From positions 661,717 to 725,716 of the forward strand of contig CAWGMA010000002.1 of NCBI GenBank assembly GCA_963823555.1: a stretch of 64,000 nt of DNA, read 5' to 3'. This document shows, piece after piece, positions 18,344 through 29,728 of this stretch. Origin of the DNA: Candidatus Eiseniibacteriota bacterium (GTDB lineage: Bacteria > Eisenbacteria > RBG-16-71-46 > CAVPCR01). The stretch's first letter is position 1, and every line of letters begins with the position of its first letter. Both the position numbers and the translations under genes were made by a program. The notes beneath the pieces were generated by a model, which was not told the origin of the DNA, did not search any database, and worked only from the letters and a program-made list of their open reading frames with translations.

Positions 18344-19191
18344 TGCCGGATCGCCGCCCATCCCGCCGCCCCGAGGCCGCTCCCGGCGCGTCGGCGCTGC
18401 TCGTGCTGTTCCTCGCCGCCGTTCCCGCGCCACCGGTGCGCGCCGAGATGCCATCCGGCGACGATGTATTGCGGCGCGTGGACGCCAACATCGGCTCAGA
18501 CACCAAGGCCACGCTCGCGACCATGATCATCCATGGCCGCCGCGGCAACCGCGAGGTCGGTATGCGGTCGTGGATCCAGGGCATGGAGCGTTCGTTCACC
18601 GATTACCTGTCGCCGGCGCGCGAGCGTGGCACCCGCATGCTCAAGCTCAACGACATGCTGTGGACCTACAGCCCCGCGACCGACCGTACCCTCCAGATCT
18701 CGGGCCACCTGCTGCGCAACGCGGTGCTCGGCTCGGACCTGTCGTACGAGGACCTGATGGAGGACCCGCGACTTCTCAACCTCTACACCGCGACGGTTAC
18801 CGACAGCGCGACCGTCGACGGCCGCGCGTGCTGGGTGCTCGATCTCCGTGCGCGCGACTCCAGCGTGGCCTACCCGTCGCGGCGCATCCACGTGGACCAG
18901 GAGCGCGGCGTGGTACTGCGCGAGGAGCGCTTCGCAAAGAGCGGTCGGCTGCTCAAGACGACCGAGGTGCGAGAGGTGGTGGCGATGGGCGGACGCTGGG
19001 TGCCGACGCGGATGGTGTTCCGCGATGCCAACCGCGACGGTGGCGGCACCGAGTTCCTGGTCCACAGCATTGAGTTCGACGTGCGCATCCCGGAATCCCT
19101 ATTCACCAAGGCCGCGCTGCGCCGCGGCGGGGAGGTTGACGCACCGGCACCGGCACCTGCTCCTGCTCCCACGCCTGTGCCCGCGCCCTGA
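18340..19191 (+). CDS. Outer-membrane lipoprotein-sorting (LolA-like) protein
   Basis: SPARERGTRML..MLWTYSP, LGSDLSYEDL, AKSGRLLKT and IPESLFT motifs; PA-rich tail. Confidence 0.88.
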   Translation: MMPDRRPSRRPEAAPGASALLVLFLAAVPAPPVRAEMPSGDDVLRRVDANIGSDTKATLATMIIHGRRGNREVGMRSWIQGMERSFTDYLSPARERGTRMLKLNDMLWTYSPATDRTLQISGHLLRNAVLGSDLSYEDLMEDPRLLNLYTATVTDSATVDGRACWVLDLRARDSSVAYPSRRIHVDQERGVVLREERFAKSGRLLKTTEVREVVAMGGRWVPTRMVFRDANRDGGGTEFLVHSIEFDVRIPESLFTKAALRRGGEVDAPAPAPAPAPTPVPAP

Positions 19192-19197
19192 GACCCC

Positions 19198-21717
19198 ATG
19201 CCCAACTTCGTCCCACTCCACTCACGGCGCGCCACCGATGCTGCGCTCACCGGCGGCAAGGCCGCCAGCCTCGCCAAGCTGATCCGTGCGGGCTTTCCTG
19301 TGCCAGCCGGCGTGGTGGTCACGACCGAGGCGTTCCGCCGCCTCAGACGATCCTGCGGCCTGCGACTTCCGGCGGCCGGCGCGCCGCTGACCGCCGAGGC
19401 TCTCGCCGAGGCCCGCGAGCGCATGATCCACGGGGCATGGCCGGACGGATTCGAACGCCGGCTGCTCGACCACACGCGTGCACTGCGCAGGCCCCTCGCT
19501 GTGCGGTCGTCCATGCGCGCTGAGGATGGCCTCGTCGCGTCGTGGGCCGGGCAACTTATTTCGCTGCTCGACGTGGCCGACGACGCCGAACTGCTGCGGG
19601 CCGTGCGCCAGTGCTTCGCGTCGTGTTTCGGTGAGGACGCCGCCACCTACGCCCACCGGGCCGCGGGAGCCCCGGCCGCCGACCCGCTCGGCGATGTTGC
19701 AGCAGCGGTGCTCGTGCAGGAGATGGCGACGGCCACGGTGACCGGCGTCGCGTTCAGCGCAGACCCGCACAGCGGGCGGAAGTGCGTGGTGATCGAAGCC
19801 GCCGCGGGAGGCTCTGGGAGAGCCGTGGGGGGACGGGTCGTGCCCGACCGGTTCGTGGTGGATGAGCGCGGCGTGCTCGAGGAGTCTCGGCCAGCCCGGG
19901 CGGGCGCCCCGCTGCTCCCCGAGGCGCCGGTGCGGACACTCGCTGCGCTGGCTCGTGACTGCGAGCGATTTGCCGGCGAGCCGCAGGACATCGAGTGGGC
20001 ATTGGACGGCGATCGCGCGACGCTGCTTCAGGCGCGACCCATCACCACTCTCAGCGGACAACACGTCTACTCGAACCGCCTCCTTCGCGAGTGGACGCCG
20101 GGACTCGTGGCCCCGCTCCTATGGTCTACTAACAGCCTCGGCATGACGCGCACCGTGTTCCACCGCGTGTTCACCAGCCTCATCGGCGAAAGTGACTTCG
20201 ACTACAGCACGATCATTCGCCGCATCCACTCGCGGCTCTACGCCGACATGACGCTCATCGGCGGCCTGCTCGAACGCGCCGGGTTCCCCGCCAACACGTT
20301 CGAATGGATGCTGCGTGGCGACAAGGCGCGCTTCCGACCGCCCCGCATGACACCCCGTCTCGTACGCTCGGCCCTGCGCTTCTGCGTGTTCGCCTGGCGG
20401 AATGGGCGCCTCGATCACGAGGTCGAGAGGTTCATCGAGGAGCATGCCCGGCACACCGCACGCCTCCAGGACGTGGACTGGCCGGTCGCGGGAAACGAGG
20501 TGCTCGCATCCACCAGCCGCGATCTGCAGACGCTACATGGCCGCACGCAGTGGTATGCGTGGGTCAGCGCCCTCAACCTGCACATCCGCGCCCGCATCCT
20601 GGGTCGCATGATCCGACGCCACGCACCCCACGTCGACGTCAAGGACCTTCTGCTCGGTCTGCGTGATGAAGCGGGTGCCAGCCCGGAGCGCGCGCTCGAA
20701 CAGGTCGCGCGCGGGGCCGTCGGGCTCGACACCGCAACGCACCTGGCCATGCTGGCCGGCGACGACGACGCCATGCGGGCGCGGCTCGCCAAGGAAGTGA
20801 GCGGCCCGGCGCTCATGCGCGAGGTGGATCGACTGCTCGAACGCTTCGGCCACTTGAGCGCCAACGGCACGGACTTCACGCGGCCCACCTGGTCCGAGCA
20901 ACGAGGCCAAGTATGGGTCGCGATCGCGCGCGCGCTACAATCCGGCGGGTCCGTCCAACGCGCTGGCAAATCCAAGCGGGCCGATGCGGCGGATCGGGTC
21001 CGTGCGGGCTTCGGCCCGGTGAAGCGGCTGGTGTTCGAGCGGCTTCTGCGCTCGACGTCCCGGTGGATGCGCCTGCGCGAGCGTACGAGTCTGCTCATGT
21101 CGAGGGACGCGGCTGAAATGCGGCGCGTGTTTCTCGAGCAGGGTCGGCGACTCGCGGTCGCCGGGGCCCTCGACGAAGCCCCCGACGTCTTCATGCTGAT
21201 GCTCGATGAGCTACACGAAGCGACCGGGGGTGAGCGGCCCCCCGCGGCGACCCGGGCGCTCGCGCGCCAGCGGCGGCGCGAGATGGAGGAGGACGCTCTG
21301 ATCGAACCCGAAGACACGCTGGCGGGCGAGCAGAGCGAGCGGGTGGTTCCGGCACCGGCAGCAGATCTCGAGTATCTGGTCGGGATCCCGGCGAGTCCCG
21401 GGGTGCGGCACCTCACCGCGCGCCTCGTTCGGGACCCCACCGCGGTTCGCGGCGTGCTCACGGTGGACGACGCGCTCGTGACGCCGTTCACCGACGCCGG
21501 CTGGACGCTGCTGTTCGCCGAGGTCGGCGCAGTCGTCTCCGAGACCGGAGGCCAGCTTTGCCATGCGGCGATCGTCGCGCGCGAGTACGGGCTTCCCGCG
21601 GTGGTAAGCGTAAGGGATGCGCTGTCGCGCATCCGCGAGGGCCAGCGCATCGTCGTCGATGGCGGTGCAGGGCGGGTTTACCTTCACGATGGTGATGAAA
21701 GGGAAAGCGGCACATGA
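19198..21717 (+). CDS. PEP/pyruvate-binding + PEP-utiliser domain dikinase (rifampin phosphotransferase-like architecture)
   Basis: GGKAASL, AVRSS..ED..SWAGQ, PQDIEWA, LLQARPIT; TDAGWT and GGQLCHAAIVAREYGLP. Confidence 0.9.
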   Translation: MPNFVPLHSRRATDAALTGGKAASLAKLIRAGFPVPAGVVVTTEAFRRLRRSCGLRLPAAGAPLTAEALAEARERMIHGAWPDGFERRLLDHTRALRRPLAVRSSMRAEDGLVASWAGQLISLLDVADDAELLRAVRQCFASCFGEDAATYAHRAAGAPAADPLGDVAAAVLVQEMATATVTGVAFSADPHSGRKCVVIEAAAGGSGRAVGGRVVPDRFVVDERGVLEESRPARAGAPLLPEAPVRTLAALARDCERFAGEPQDIEWALDGDRATLLQARPITTLSGQHVYSNRLLREWTPGLVAPLLWSTNSLGMTRTVFHRVFTSLIGESDFDYSTIIRRIHSRLYADMTLIGGLLERAGFPANTFEWMLRGDKARFRPPRMTPRLVRSALRFCVFAWRNGRLDHEVERFIEEHARHTARLQDVDWPVAGNEVLASTSRDLQTLHGRTQWYAWVSALNLHIRARILGRMIRRHAPHVDVKDLLLGLRDEAGASPERALEQVARGAVGLDTATHLAMLAGDDDAMRARLAKEVSGPALMREVDRLLERFGHLSANGTDFTRPTWSEQRGQVWVAIARALQSGGSVQRAGKSKRADAADRVRAGFGPVKRLVFERLLRSTSRWMRLRERTSLLMSRDAAEMRRVFLEQGRRLAVAGALDEAPDVFMLMLDELHEATGGERPPAATRALARQRRREMEEDALIEPEDTLAGEQSERVVPAPAADLEYLVGIPASPGVRHLTARLVRDPTAVRGVLTVDDALVTPFTDAGWTLLFAEVGAVVSETGGQLCHAAIVAREYGLPAVVSVRDALSRIREGQRIVVDGGAGRVYLHDGDERESGT

Positions 21718-22523
21718 CACCGCATGTCCCGCTGGCGGTGCTCGCCGGCTACCTGCTGGGTTCGATCTCGACGGCCCGCCTTGTCACGCGCCTCGCCGCG
21801 CCCGGCGCGCGCGCGCGGCAAGGCACCACTCTCCGGCTGGAGGGCAGCGAGCACACAATGAAGCTGCGGACTGTGAGCGCCACGTCGGTCTCGCTTCAGA
21901 TCGGACCTCGGTACGGGTTTCTCACCTACGTGCTCGACTTGCTGAAGATCGCGCTGCCGATGCTGCTCGTGCGCCACCTGTTCCCGGACCGCACGCTCTA
22001 CCTCTGGTGTGGTGCCGCCGGCATGCTGGGCCACGTGTGGCCGGTTTGGCACGGATTCCGCGGTGGGCGCGGGATCTCGGTGGCCTACGGTGGCCTGCTC
22101 GTGATCGACCCCATCGGTGTCATCGTCACATCGCTTGCCGGCATGCTTCTCGGGCTCGTGGTCGTGCGCGACGTCATCGTAGCCTACATGGGTGGTGTCC
22201 TGCTCATCGTGCCGTGGGTGTGGCTGCGCACGCACGACGAAGCGGTGATCATGTGGGCGGTGTTCGTCAACATCGTCTTTTCCATCGCCATGGTGCCGGA
22301 GATCCGCCAGTGGGTCCGGATTCGGCGCCAGGACAAGTGGAATGACACGGCAGAGGTCATGCAGCTATCGGGTATGCTGCGCGGGATCTTGCGGATGGGC
22401 ATTGCGTTGCGCCTGGTGAAACGGCGCGACGTGCGCGCGCCAGCGCTCATGACCGAGCCGGGCAAAGAGAGAAGCGCGGAGGCCGGCGCGCGCCGAGACC
22501 CCGGCGAAGCTCCACATCGCTGA
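21714..22523 (+). CDS. plsY: Glycerol-3-phosphate acyltransferase PlsY-like membrane protein
   Basis: GYLLGSI, DLLK and GHVWPVWHGFRGGRG motifs; the usual NxGATN motif reads TVSATS. Confidence 0.8.
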   Translation: MTPHVPLAVLAGYLLGSISTARLVTRLAAPGARARQGTTLRLEGSEHTMKLRTVSATSVSLQIGPRYGFLTYVLDLLKIALPMLLVRHLFPDRTLYLWCGAAGMLGHVWPVWHGFRGGRGISVAYGGLLVIDPIGVIVTSLAGMLLGLVVVRDVIVAYMGGVLLIVPWVWLRTHDEAVIMWAVFVNIVFSIAMVPEIRQWVRIRRQDKWNDTAEVMQLSGMLRGILRMGIALRLVKRRDVRAPALMTEPGKERSAEAGARRDPGEAPHR

Positions 22524-22657
22524 GGGTCTCGCTGGCGGCCGTACCGCAGGGCAGTCACGATCGACGCGTGGCCATGCGATCGCCGGCGGCTCCTTCGCTT
22601 CGTCGCTTGCCGCCCGCGTGCCTCCGAGTGCCGGAGAAGCTCCGGCTAGCGTCGCCC

Positions 22658-23290
22658 TGTTGCTCCCGAAAACCCATCTTACGGGGCAGAGGTCGAGTCG
22701 GGAGGCGGCCGGGAACACGGCGAGGGTCCGCGCGGCGCGGCTGTCGGGTGAACGAGGCAACAGAGGTAAGGGCCGGCTGGGTTGGGAACGTCGGCGTCCC
22801 CGTCATCCTGTGGCTGGCACGGGATAGATGGTCTGCGAGACGGGGTGGCTTCGTCGCTCGTCAGGCGGCTCGTCGCTCGTAATGGTGATGCAACCCGCTA
22901 ACCTCGACGATCTCGACGACCGCGCCGGCTGTGTGCGGTTGAACCGAGCGGTGCTCAGGCGCAAAGGACATGGAACCTCACGGTCGGTACGACGAAGAAG
23001 TCGATGGCGACCGTGTCGGCCAGATGGTTCTTGAGGAACGCCTTCCAAGTTGGCGAGGACGGCTCTCGGGGTCGGACCATGTACCGCTCGACGGTGGACT
23101 TCGCGACAGCGATGCCGATCTTGCGGAGTTCGCCGAGGACTCTGGGCTCGCCCCAGAGCGGGTTCGCGGAAGACATCCTTCGAATGAGTTCGCGGACTTC
23201 CTTCGTGACCGCCGGGTGTCCAGGCCTGCCGGACTGGGAAAGTCTGCGCCAGTGATCGCGGAACCGACGCCTCTGCCAGGCGATCACCGT
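22658..23290 (-). mobile_element. Integrase-core-domain IS remnant (family B), internally deleted transposase
   Basis: End TGTTGCTCCCGAAAAC; fragments ELIRRMSSANPLWGEPRVLGELRKIG..AIDFFVVPT and GLHHHYERRAA*; first ~220 bp repeated at 26191. Confidence 0.85.
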
Positions 23291-23521
23291 CGAACGAGGA
23301 GATCGCGCGTCTCGGTGACCTGGTACGCGCTACAGTCGGTTGCCCGATCGAGGTGATCGTGGACGGCGGCCCCTCGCGGCGGCTTCTCGAGCCCGGAGGC
23401 GCCGGCTCAAACAGCAGTACGCGAACAGGCGCCGGGTGAAAGGCACAACCACGCATCTGCCGCGGTCGAGGTCGTCCCGCCGCTACGCTCATCCCGGTCA
23501 GCAGTCATCCCGGGTCAGCAG

Positions 23522-25885
23522 TCAGCGAGTCAAGACCATCCGGCCGGTCTCGCTCCGCTCAAGCGCCTCGAACCGATAGAAGTAGGTGCCGCTCTTCACT
23601 TCGTGTCCGAGAGCGTCACGCGCATCCCAGCTCACGACGTGGGAACCTGAGGGCATTTCCTCGTACACCAGCTTGCGGACGAGTCTGCCGGTCACATCGA
23701 AGATGTCGAGCCGCACCCTGCCCGGATTCTCGAGCGAGAAGGAGAGTGCCGTCGATGACCCGAAGGGATTGGGGACGCTCTTGACCAACCGCGGCGCAGC
23801 GGATGGGGTTTCGGCATCATCCACGGCGACCGGACCCTGGTCGGGCACGGTGAGCACGGCGATGCCCCGGCTGGCGCAGGCCAGCCAGATCTCGTAGCCG
23901 CCGGGGACCGCCCGCACCTCGGCGTCGTAGATCTGCGCGTGCGGCAGTCCCTGGTCGCGGGTGATCGCTCCGAACTCGATCCCGTCGAACCAGACGAGCG
24001 ACGGCTCGACGCCCTGGCTGTTGAAGTTCGTGAACCAGACGAGTCCGTCGGGAGACACGGCGAGCGGCGTGACCTGGTCGTCCGGGAAGGTCGGAGTTGC
24101 TTGGTGCCACCACTGGTGCGTGCCGGTGTTCGCGTCGAGGCGGAAGAGACCCTCGGTGCTCCCCACCCAGGCGATGCCCCGGGAGCCGCGGCGACCGTCG
24201 GTGAGCACATCGTGCATCGGGTTGAGCTCGGGGAAGTCGGCGTTCTCGCGCGAGAAGCGGTAGTTGCCGTCGGTGCGCACCACCTCGAGGTTGGCGCACG
24301 CCCAGACGGTGCCGGGACGATCCGGATCCCGGACCGACGTTCGCGCCCCAGCCCGCGATCGGCACCGTCGTGGAAGCCGGTCCCGTCGTGGTAGCGGAGG
24401 CTGAAGTAGTTCCCCATCGTCCAGAGGCGGCCCTCCGAGTCCTCGACCAGTCCGTCGGACGAGGAGCCCTCCTCGAGGGTCGATGTAGCCCGCAGCCGTC
24501 CCACTCGCGGATGCCGTTGAACATCGGGTTGAAGGCGACGTTGCCCGATCGATTCGCGGTAGGTGATCGCGTCGGCGTTGTCGGTCGGGAAGGGCCAGTC
24601 CTCGCCCGAGCCCGTAGGTCAGGACGTTGTGGTTGTGCCAGCGCTCGCCGTCGAAGACGCCGATGCCGCCGACGCCCGGGCCCGCGTTGTCGGTGACCCA
24701 GACGTCGCCGTTCGGCGCGAAGGCGATGTCGCGGAGGAAGTTGTCCATCTGCCCGGTGTTCGTGATGCGGTAGCGCTGCCAGAAGCCGGTCTCGGCGTCG
24801 CGCCGGGCGGCGCCGCCGTTGCCGGAGACCCAGACGTTGCCCGCGCTGTCCATGTCGATGGCGTAGGTGAAGCCGCCGGCGCGCCAGCTGCCGAGGTTCG
24901 ACCAGCCGGCGCCGTCGAAGTGCCAGGCCTCGCTGTTGCCGCCGATGAGGAGGACCTCGCCGTCGCCGAAGGCCCGGAACGGCATCGAAGGCATAGAACG
25001 GCGAACGGACGGCTGGGCGGCGCCACCCAGGTTCCGTCGGGCCGCCGGTACTCGAGCGAGTAGCCCTGTCCCGGCGTGACGAAGCGGAGCATCCAGCAGT
25101 TGCCCACGTCGTCGCAGGCGTCGTCGTGAGGGATGGCCTCGATCTCGCCCGGGCACGTCGTCGTTCGGCAGCACGGTGAACAGGTCGGTGTCGCTGTCGT
25201 AGCGCGCGATGCCGAAGGCGTCGTCGATCCAGACGAGGTAGCCGCCGCCCGGCTTCGGCTGGACGCGCCGCACTGCTGGTCGCGGTCCACCCGGGCCAGC
25301 CGTTGGCGTTCGAGCCGTAGCCCCAGACCGTCCAGGTGTCCGTGCTCGGGACGTAGCGGGCGAGGCCGCCGCCGTTGCCGTAGCAGGCGAACCAGACCGA
25401 TCCGTCGGGCGCCACGCTCACGTCCATCGTGCGCCCGCCGGGCATCGGGGAGTTGCACGGCGTCGTAGCGAACGAGCGAGCTCGGGCCCGACGGCGGGAT
25501 CGAAGTAGAGCGCGCCGCGCCAGGTGCCCATCCAGAGCGCGCCGTCGGCGTCGGGCGCGATGTCGCTGATGCGGGCGGCGCCGGTGTTCTCCGGATCGCC
25601 GATGACCGGGTAGTCGACGTTGGAGAAGTTCTCCCAGCGGTTCTCGGCTGCGATGAATCGGGAGAAGCCGCCCTCCTCGAAGAACGGGTCGTAGCAGCCG
25701 ATGTAGGGCGTGCCGTCGGGGGCGATCCAGAGGGCGTCGCTGTAGTCGCCCATGACGCCGGTGTTGCCCGGACGGTAGTACTTCCAGGAGTACGACTGCG
25801 GAGGGTCGGCGGAGGAGTGACCCGTGATGGCGACCAGGAGGGGCAGAACCATCAGCCACGACGACCAAGCACCACGTTCGAACAT
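23522..25885 (-). CDS. Secreted beta-propeller (two-component-regulator-propeller-like) protein with FlgD-Ig C-terminus; several frameshifts
   Basis: Signal peptide MFERGAWSSWLMVLPLLV, repeats IAPDGTPYIG/DADGALWMG/APNGDVWV spread over several frames; VPNPF..IFDVTGR..WDARD..SGTYF. Confidence 0.8.
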
Positions 25886-26190
25886 TGATAGCCTCCCGTT
25901 CTGAACAGGTTGATGCCGGCTCGGAGGCGGCTCGGTCGCAGATACGCCTCGACCTCCGCACTTCATCATGAACAATAGACAAGGAGCCCCGAGCCTTTGA
26001 TACGAGGTTGAGCGGATAAGACTCAGAACCCGCGGTGGTGGCCGCGATTTGTTGGCACGGCTGTCCTGTGGCCACTGGATCACAGGTGACCTCCCCGACC
26101 CCGCAATCCATTCTAGAATAACAGCATAGCACGTTCCGGGCGGAGGATCAGCCGGAAGGTGATCTGCGGCTCGCCAGGGATGACGGGGCT

Positions 26191-26679
26191 TGTTGCTCCC
26201 GAAAACCCATCTTGCGGGGCAGAGGTCGAGTCGGGAGGCGGCCGGGAACACGGCGAGGGTCCGCGCGGCGCGGCTGTCGGGTGAACGAGGCAACAGAGGT
26301 AAGGGCCGGCTGGGTTGGGAACGTCGGCGTCCCCGTCATCCTGTGGCTGGCACGGGATAGATGGTCTGCGAGACGGGGTGGCTTCGTCGCTCGTCAGGCG
26401 GCTCGTCGCGGGCGCTTGGCCGATCGCTGGTAGACGGCCAGCTGGTGCCGCAGGGCCAGAATCTCGAGCTGCATCGAGGCACGGGAGCGGAAGGCGTTGA
26501 CAATACAGGCGTATATGGCGACGAGGACGGCGTTCATGGTTCGTGGTCGGCTCCGGCGCTGGCGAAAGGCGCGGAGTGTACCACGGGGCCTGGCCGGGCC
26601 CCTCGGCGGGTGCGAGGCGGTGCGCCGGTGGGATGACAAGGTGAGGCGGGGCAACGACTACGAGTTCTCGGGAGCCACA
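26191..26679 (-). mobile_element. 489-bp MITE (family B)
   Basis: TIRs TGTTGCTCCCGAAAAC / TGTGGCTCCCGAGAAC; transposase N-terminus (LEILALRHQLAVYQR) fused directly to its last codons (RRAA*). Confidence 0.85.
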
Positions 26680-26728
26680 AGACGCGGGGACCTACCAGGC
26701 TCTAGGGAGCGAGAAGATCGAACCCCGC

Positions 26729-27110
26729 CTCATCAAACGGGCCTTCCAGGCTGACGGAACGCCGATCCCCTCGGGCGCCGACGTCCCCGCCGGCGTAACC
26801 GTGAAGTTCCTCTTCTACATCAACAACCCGGGGGACGCGATCCTCGACGTCAGCGCCGGGGACGTGCTCGATCCCGCCGCGTTCCAGTACCTGCCGGCGA
26901 CGATCAAGGTCGACGCCTCGGTCGACGTCTGCGCCGATCCGGACTGCACTGCCGCGGAAGAATCCGCTATCTTCGCCGCGGTCGATGGCGCTGGGACGCT
27001 GACCGATGCGGTCGACGGCGACGTCGCCAGCTTCGACGCCGCGACGAACACGATCGATTTCGGGGACCAGGACCGCCCCAACGCCACGCTCGACCTGGCT
27101 GCCGACGCGG
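26729..27110 (+). pseudogene. Internal fragment of a secreted Ig-like (DUF11-like) protein
   Basis: LIKRAFQADGTPIPSGADVPAGVTVKFLFYINNPG..DVLD; no start or signal peptide. Confidence 0.45.
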
Positions 27111-27314
27111 CTCCAACTGGGGCGGGCAGAAAGGTCGAAACAGCGTTGCGTGACAGCTGGGGCGGGCCCCGTCCCGGAGCCGAGGGTCCGGCCGCCCGCC
27201 CCGGAGGGGCCCCCGGGCCCCCCGGCCGGTAGCCGAACGGCCCATCGCGGCCGGGGCCAGCAGCGGCTATCCTCCCTCGTGCATTCCGCCCCCACCTGTC
27301 GGAAGGAACTGATC

Positions 27315-29635
27315 ATGCCTCCATTCGTTCGCGTGCTCGCCTCGCTCAAGCTGACGACCGCGCTGCTGATCCTGCTCGCCATCGTCCTGTCGGTCGGCAC
27401 CATCCTCGAGTCGCTGCGTGGCACTGCAGCCGCCCGGGCCGTCTACTACGCGCCGTGGTTCTTCGCGCTGCAGGGCGTGTTCGCGCTCAACGTCACGGCC
27501 GCGCTCTGGGCACGCTGGCCGCGCAACCGCTGGCGCATCGGATTCCTGATCACGCACACCTCGATGCTGCTCATCCTCGCGGGCGCCGTGGTGACCGCGT
27601 GGAAGGGCGTAGACGGACAGCTCGGCCTGTGGGAGGGCGAGAGCTCGAACCAGTTCCTGCGCCTCGTGGACGGCCACGAGTCGGCCACTCCGATTCCGTT
27701 CACCGTCCGTCTCGACGACTTCCAGATGGACGTCTATCCCGGCACGCAGCGCGCCTCGATGTACCGGAGCCGCATCACGGTGCTGGACGGCGGGCGCGCG
27801 ATCCCGGCCGTGATCGAGATGAACAAGCCGTTCACGCACGGCGGCTACCGCTTCTTCCAGTCCAGCTACCAGTTCAGCGAGGGCCGCGAGATGTCCGTGC
27901 TCTCGGTCGCGAGGGACCCGGGGCAGGACATCGTCTTCTGGGGGTACTACTTGCTCGTCGGCGGCATGCTGGTGGTGATGGTCACGCGCATCTTCCAGCA
28001 CCGTGCCGCCGTGAAGCTGCGCACCGCGCCGGCCGGCGCGCCGGTTGCGAGGCTGCACATCGTGGTGCTCGCCGCCGCGCTCGGTGCGGCGGCTCTGGCC
28101 GGCGGCCCGCCGGCCGCCGGGGCGGCGCAGCTGCCATCCGCCGACGCCCTGCCGGCGCTCAAGCAGTTGCCCGTCCAGTACGACGGCCGCGAGATGCCGT
28201 TCGACACGCAGGCGCGCGACGCCGTGCTGCAGGTGACCGGCCAGCGGCGCTGGAAGGGCATGGACCCCGTGGCGATGGTGATGGGCTGGTCGCTCGACCC
28301 GGAGGGCTGGATGCGCGAACCGATCGTGAAGATCGACCCGCTCATCGCGACCACCGTCGGCCTGCCCGCGAACACGCGGCACACGAGCTACCAGAAGCTG
28401 CTCTCCAGTCAGCGGCTGCTCGCGCTCATGGGTCCGGCGCTCGAGCGTGCCAGCCACCGCCACGACCCCGAGCCCGGGGACAAGGACCTGCTCGAGTTCA
28501 ACGAGCGCCTCACGGTCCTGCACGTGTTCCTGAACGGCGAGGCCATCCGCACCATGCCGGGCGAGAACCGCGTGGACCTCTGGCGCGCGCCGCCGTTCCC
28601 GAACTCGCTCGAGACGTGGACGAAGATGGAGGCGCAGGCGCGCGCGGGCGCGCCTACGTTCTACCCCACCCCGGCCGCGATCCAGCGTGAGCTGCTCTAC
28701 AACGCGGTGGACTTTCCGCGCATCGCCTGGTGGCTGCTGCTGCCCGCCGCGCTCGCCGCCGGCATGACGCTCGAGCGCGACCGCTGGCGGCTGCGCTGGC
28801 TGGTCGCCGCCGGCATGGTCGCCGGCTTCGCGGTGATGACCTGGGGCATCGCGACGCGCTGGCAGGTCGCGCGGGCGCATCCCGGCCTCGAACATGTACG
28901 AGTCGATGCTCTTCCTCGGCTGGGGCGTCGGGCTCTTCGGCGGTGATCTCGCTGCTCGCTGCGCAACCGCATGCTGATCTTCAACGCCGCCGCGATGTCG
29001 GCGCTCGCCATGCTGCTGCGTCGACCGCCTGCCGATCGACCCGTTCATCCACCCGATGCCGCCGGTGCTCTCCGGCACGCCGTGGCTCGCGATCCACGTG
29101 CCGATCATCATGGTGAGCTACTCGACGTTCGCGATCGCCACGTTCCTCGCCCACCTCGTCCGGTCGGGCGTCGCGGCTCTTCGCGCCCCGGCGCGCGGCC
29201 GAGCTGGCGACGAACGTGGAACGAGCTCGCTCTACTGGTACATGCACGTCGGCTCGATCCTGCTCATCGCCGGCATCCTGACCGGCTCGATCTGGGCCGC
29301 CTCGTCGTGGGGCCGCTACTGGGGCTGGGACCCGAAGGAGGTCTGGTCGCTGGTCGCGTTCCTCGCCTACATGGCGATCCTGCACGCGCGCATCGACGGC
29401 CAGATCGGCTCGTTCGGCGTCGCGCGTGGTCGCATCGTCGCCTTCTGGACGATCCTGATGACCTACCTCGGGCGTGAACTACGTCCTCGGCTCGGGGCTG
29501 CACTCCTACGGCTTCGGCAGCGGCAACCTCCTCAACACCATGATGGTCGTCGCGCTGCTCGAGGCCGGCTTCATCGTCGCGGCCTGGCGCGCCGGGAGCA
29601 CGAAGGCCGTGCCCGCGGCGCCGGCGAGGGCGTAG
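27315..29635 (+). CDS. ccsA: Cytochrome c biogenesis system II ResB-CcsA fusion (CcsBA); frameshifted between 28.8 and 29.5 kb
   Basis: ResB-like ITHTSMLLIL..MNKPFTHGGYRFFQSSY; CcsA WLAIHVP, WAASSWGRYWGWDPKE and GLHSYG. Confidence 0.9.
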
Positions 29636-29728
29636 CGCGCGACCGGTGCGGACGCTGACGGGCCCCTGACGGCGGGCGCCCGAGAAGCGCTCTAGCTTCA
29701 ACCCCGCGGAAAGGTGGTCAATGTGAAG

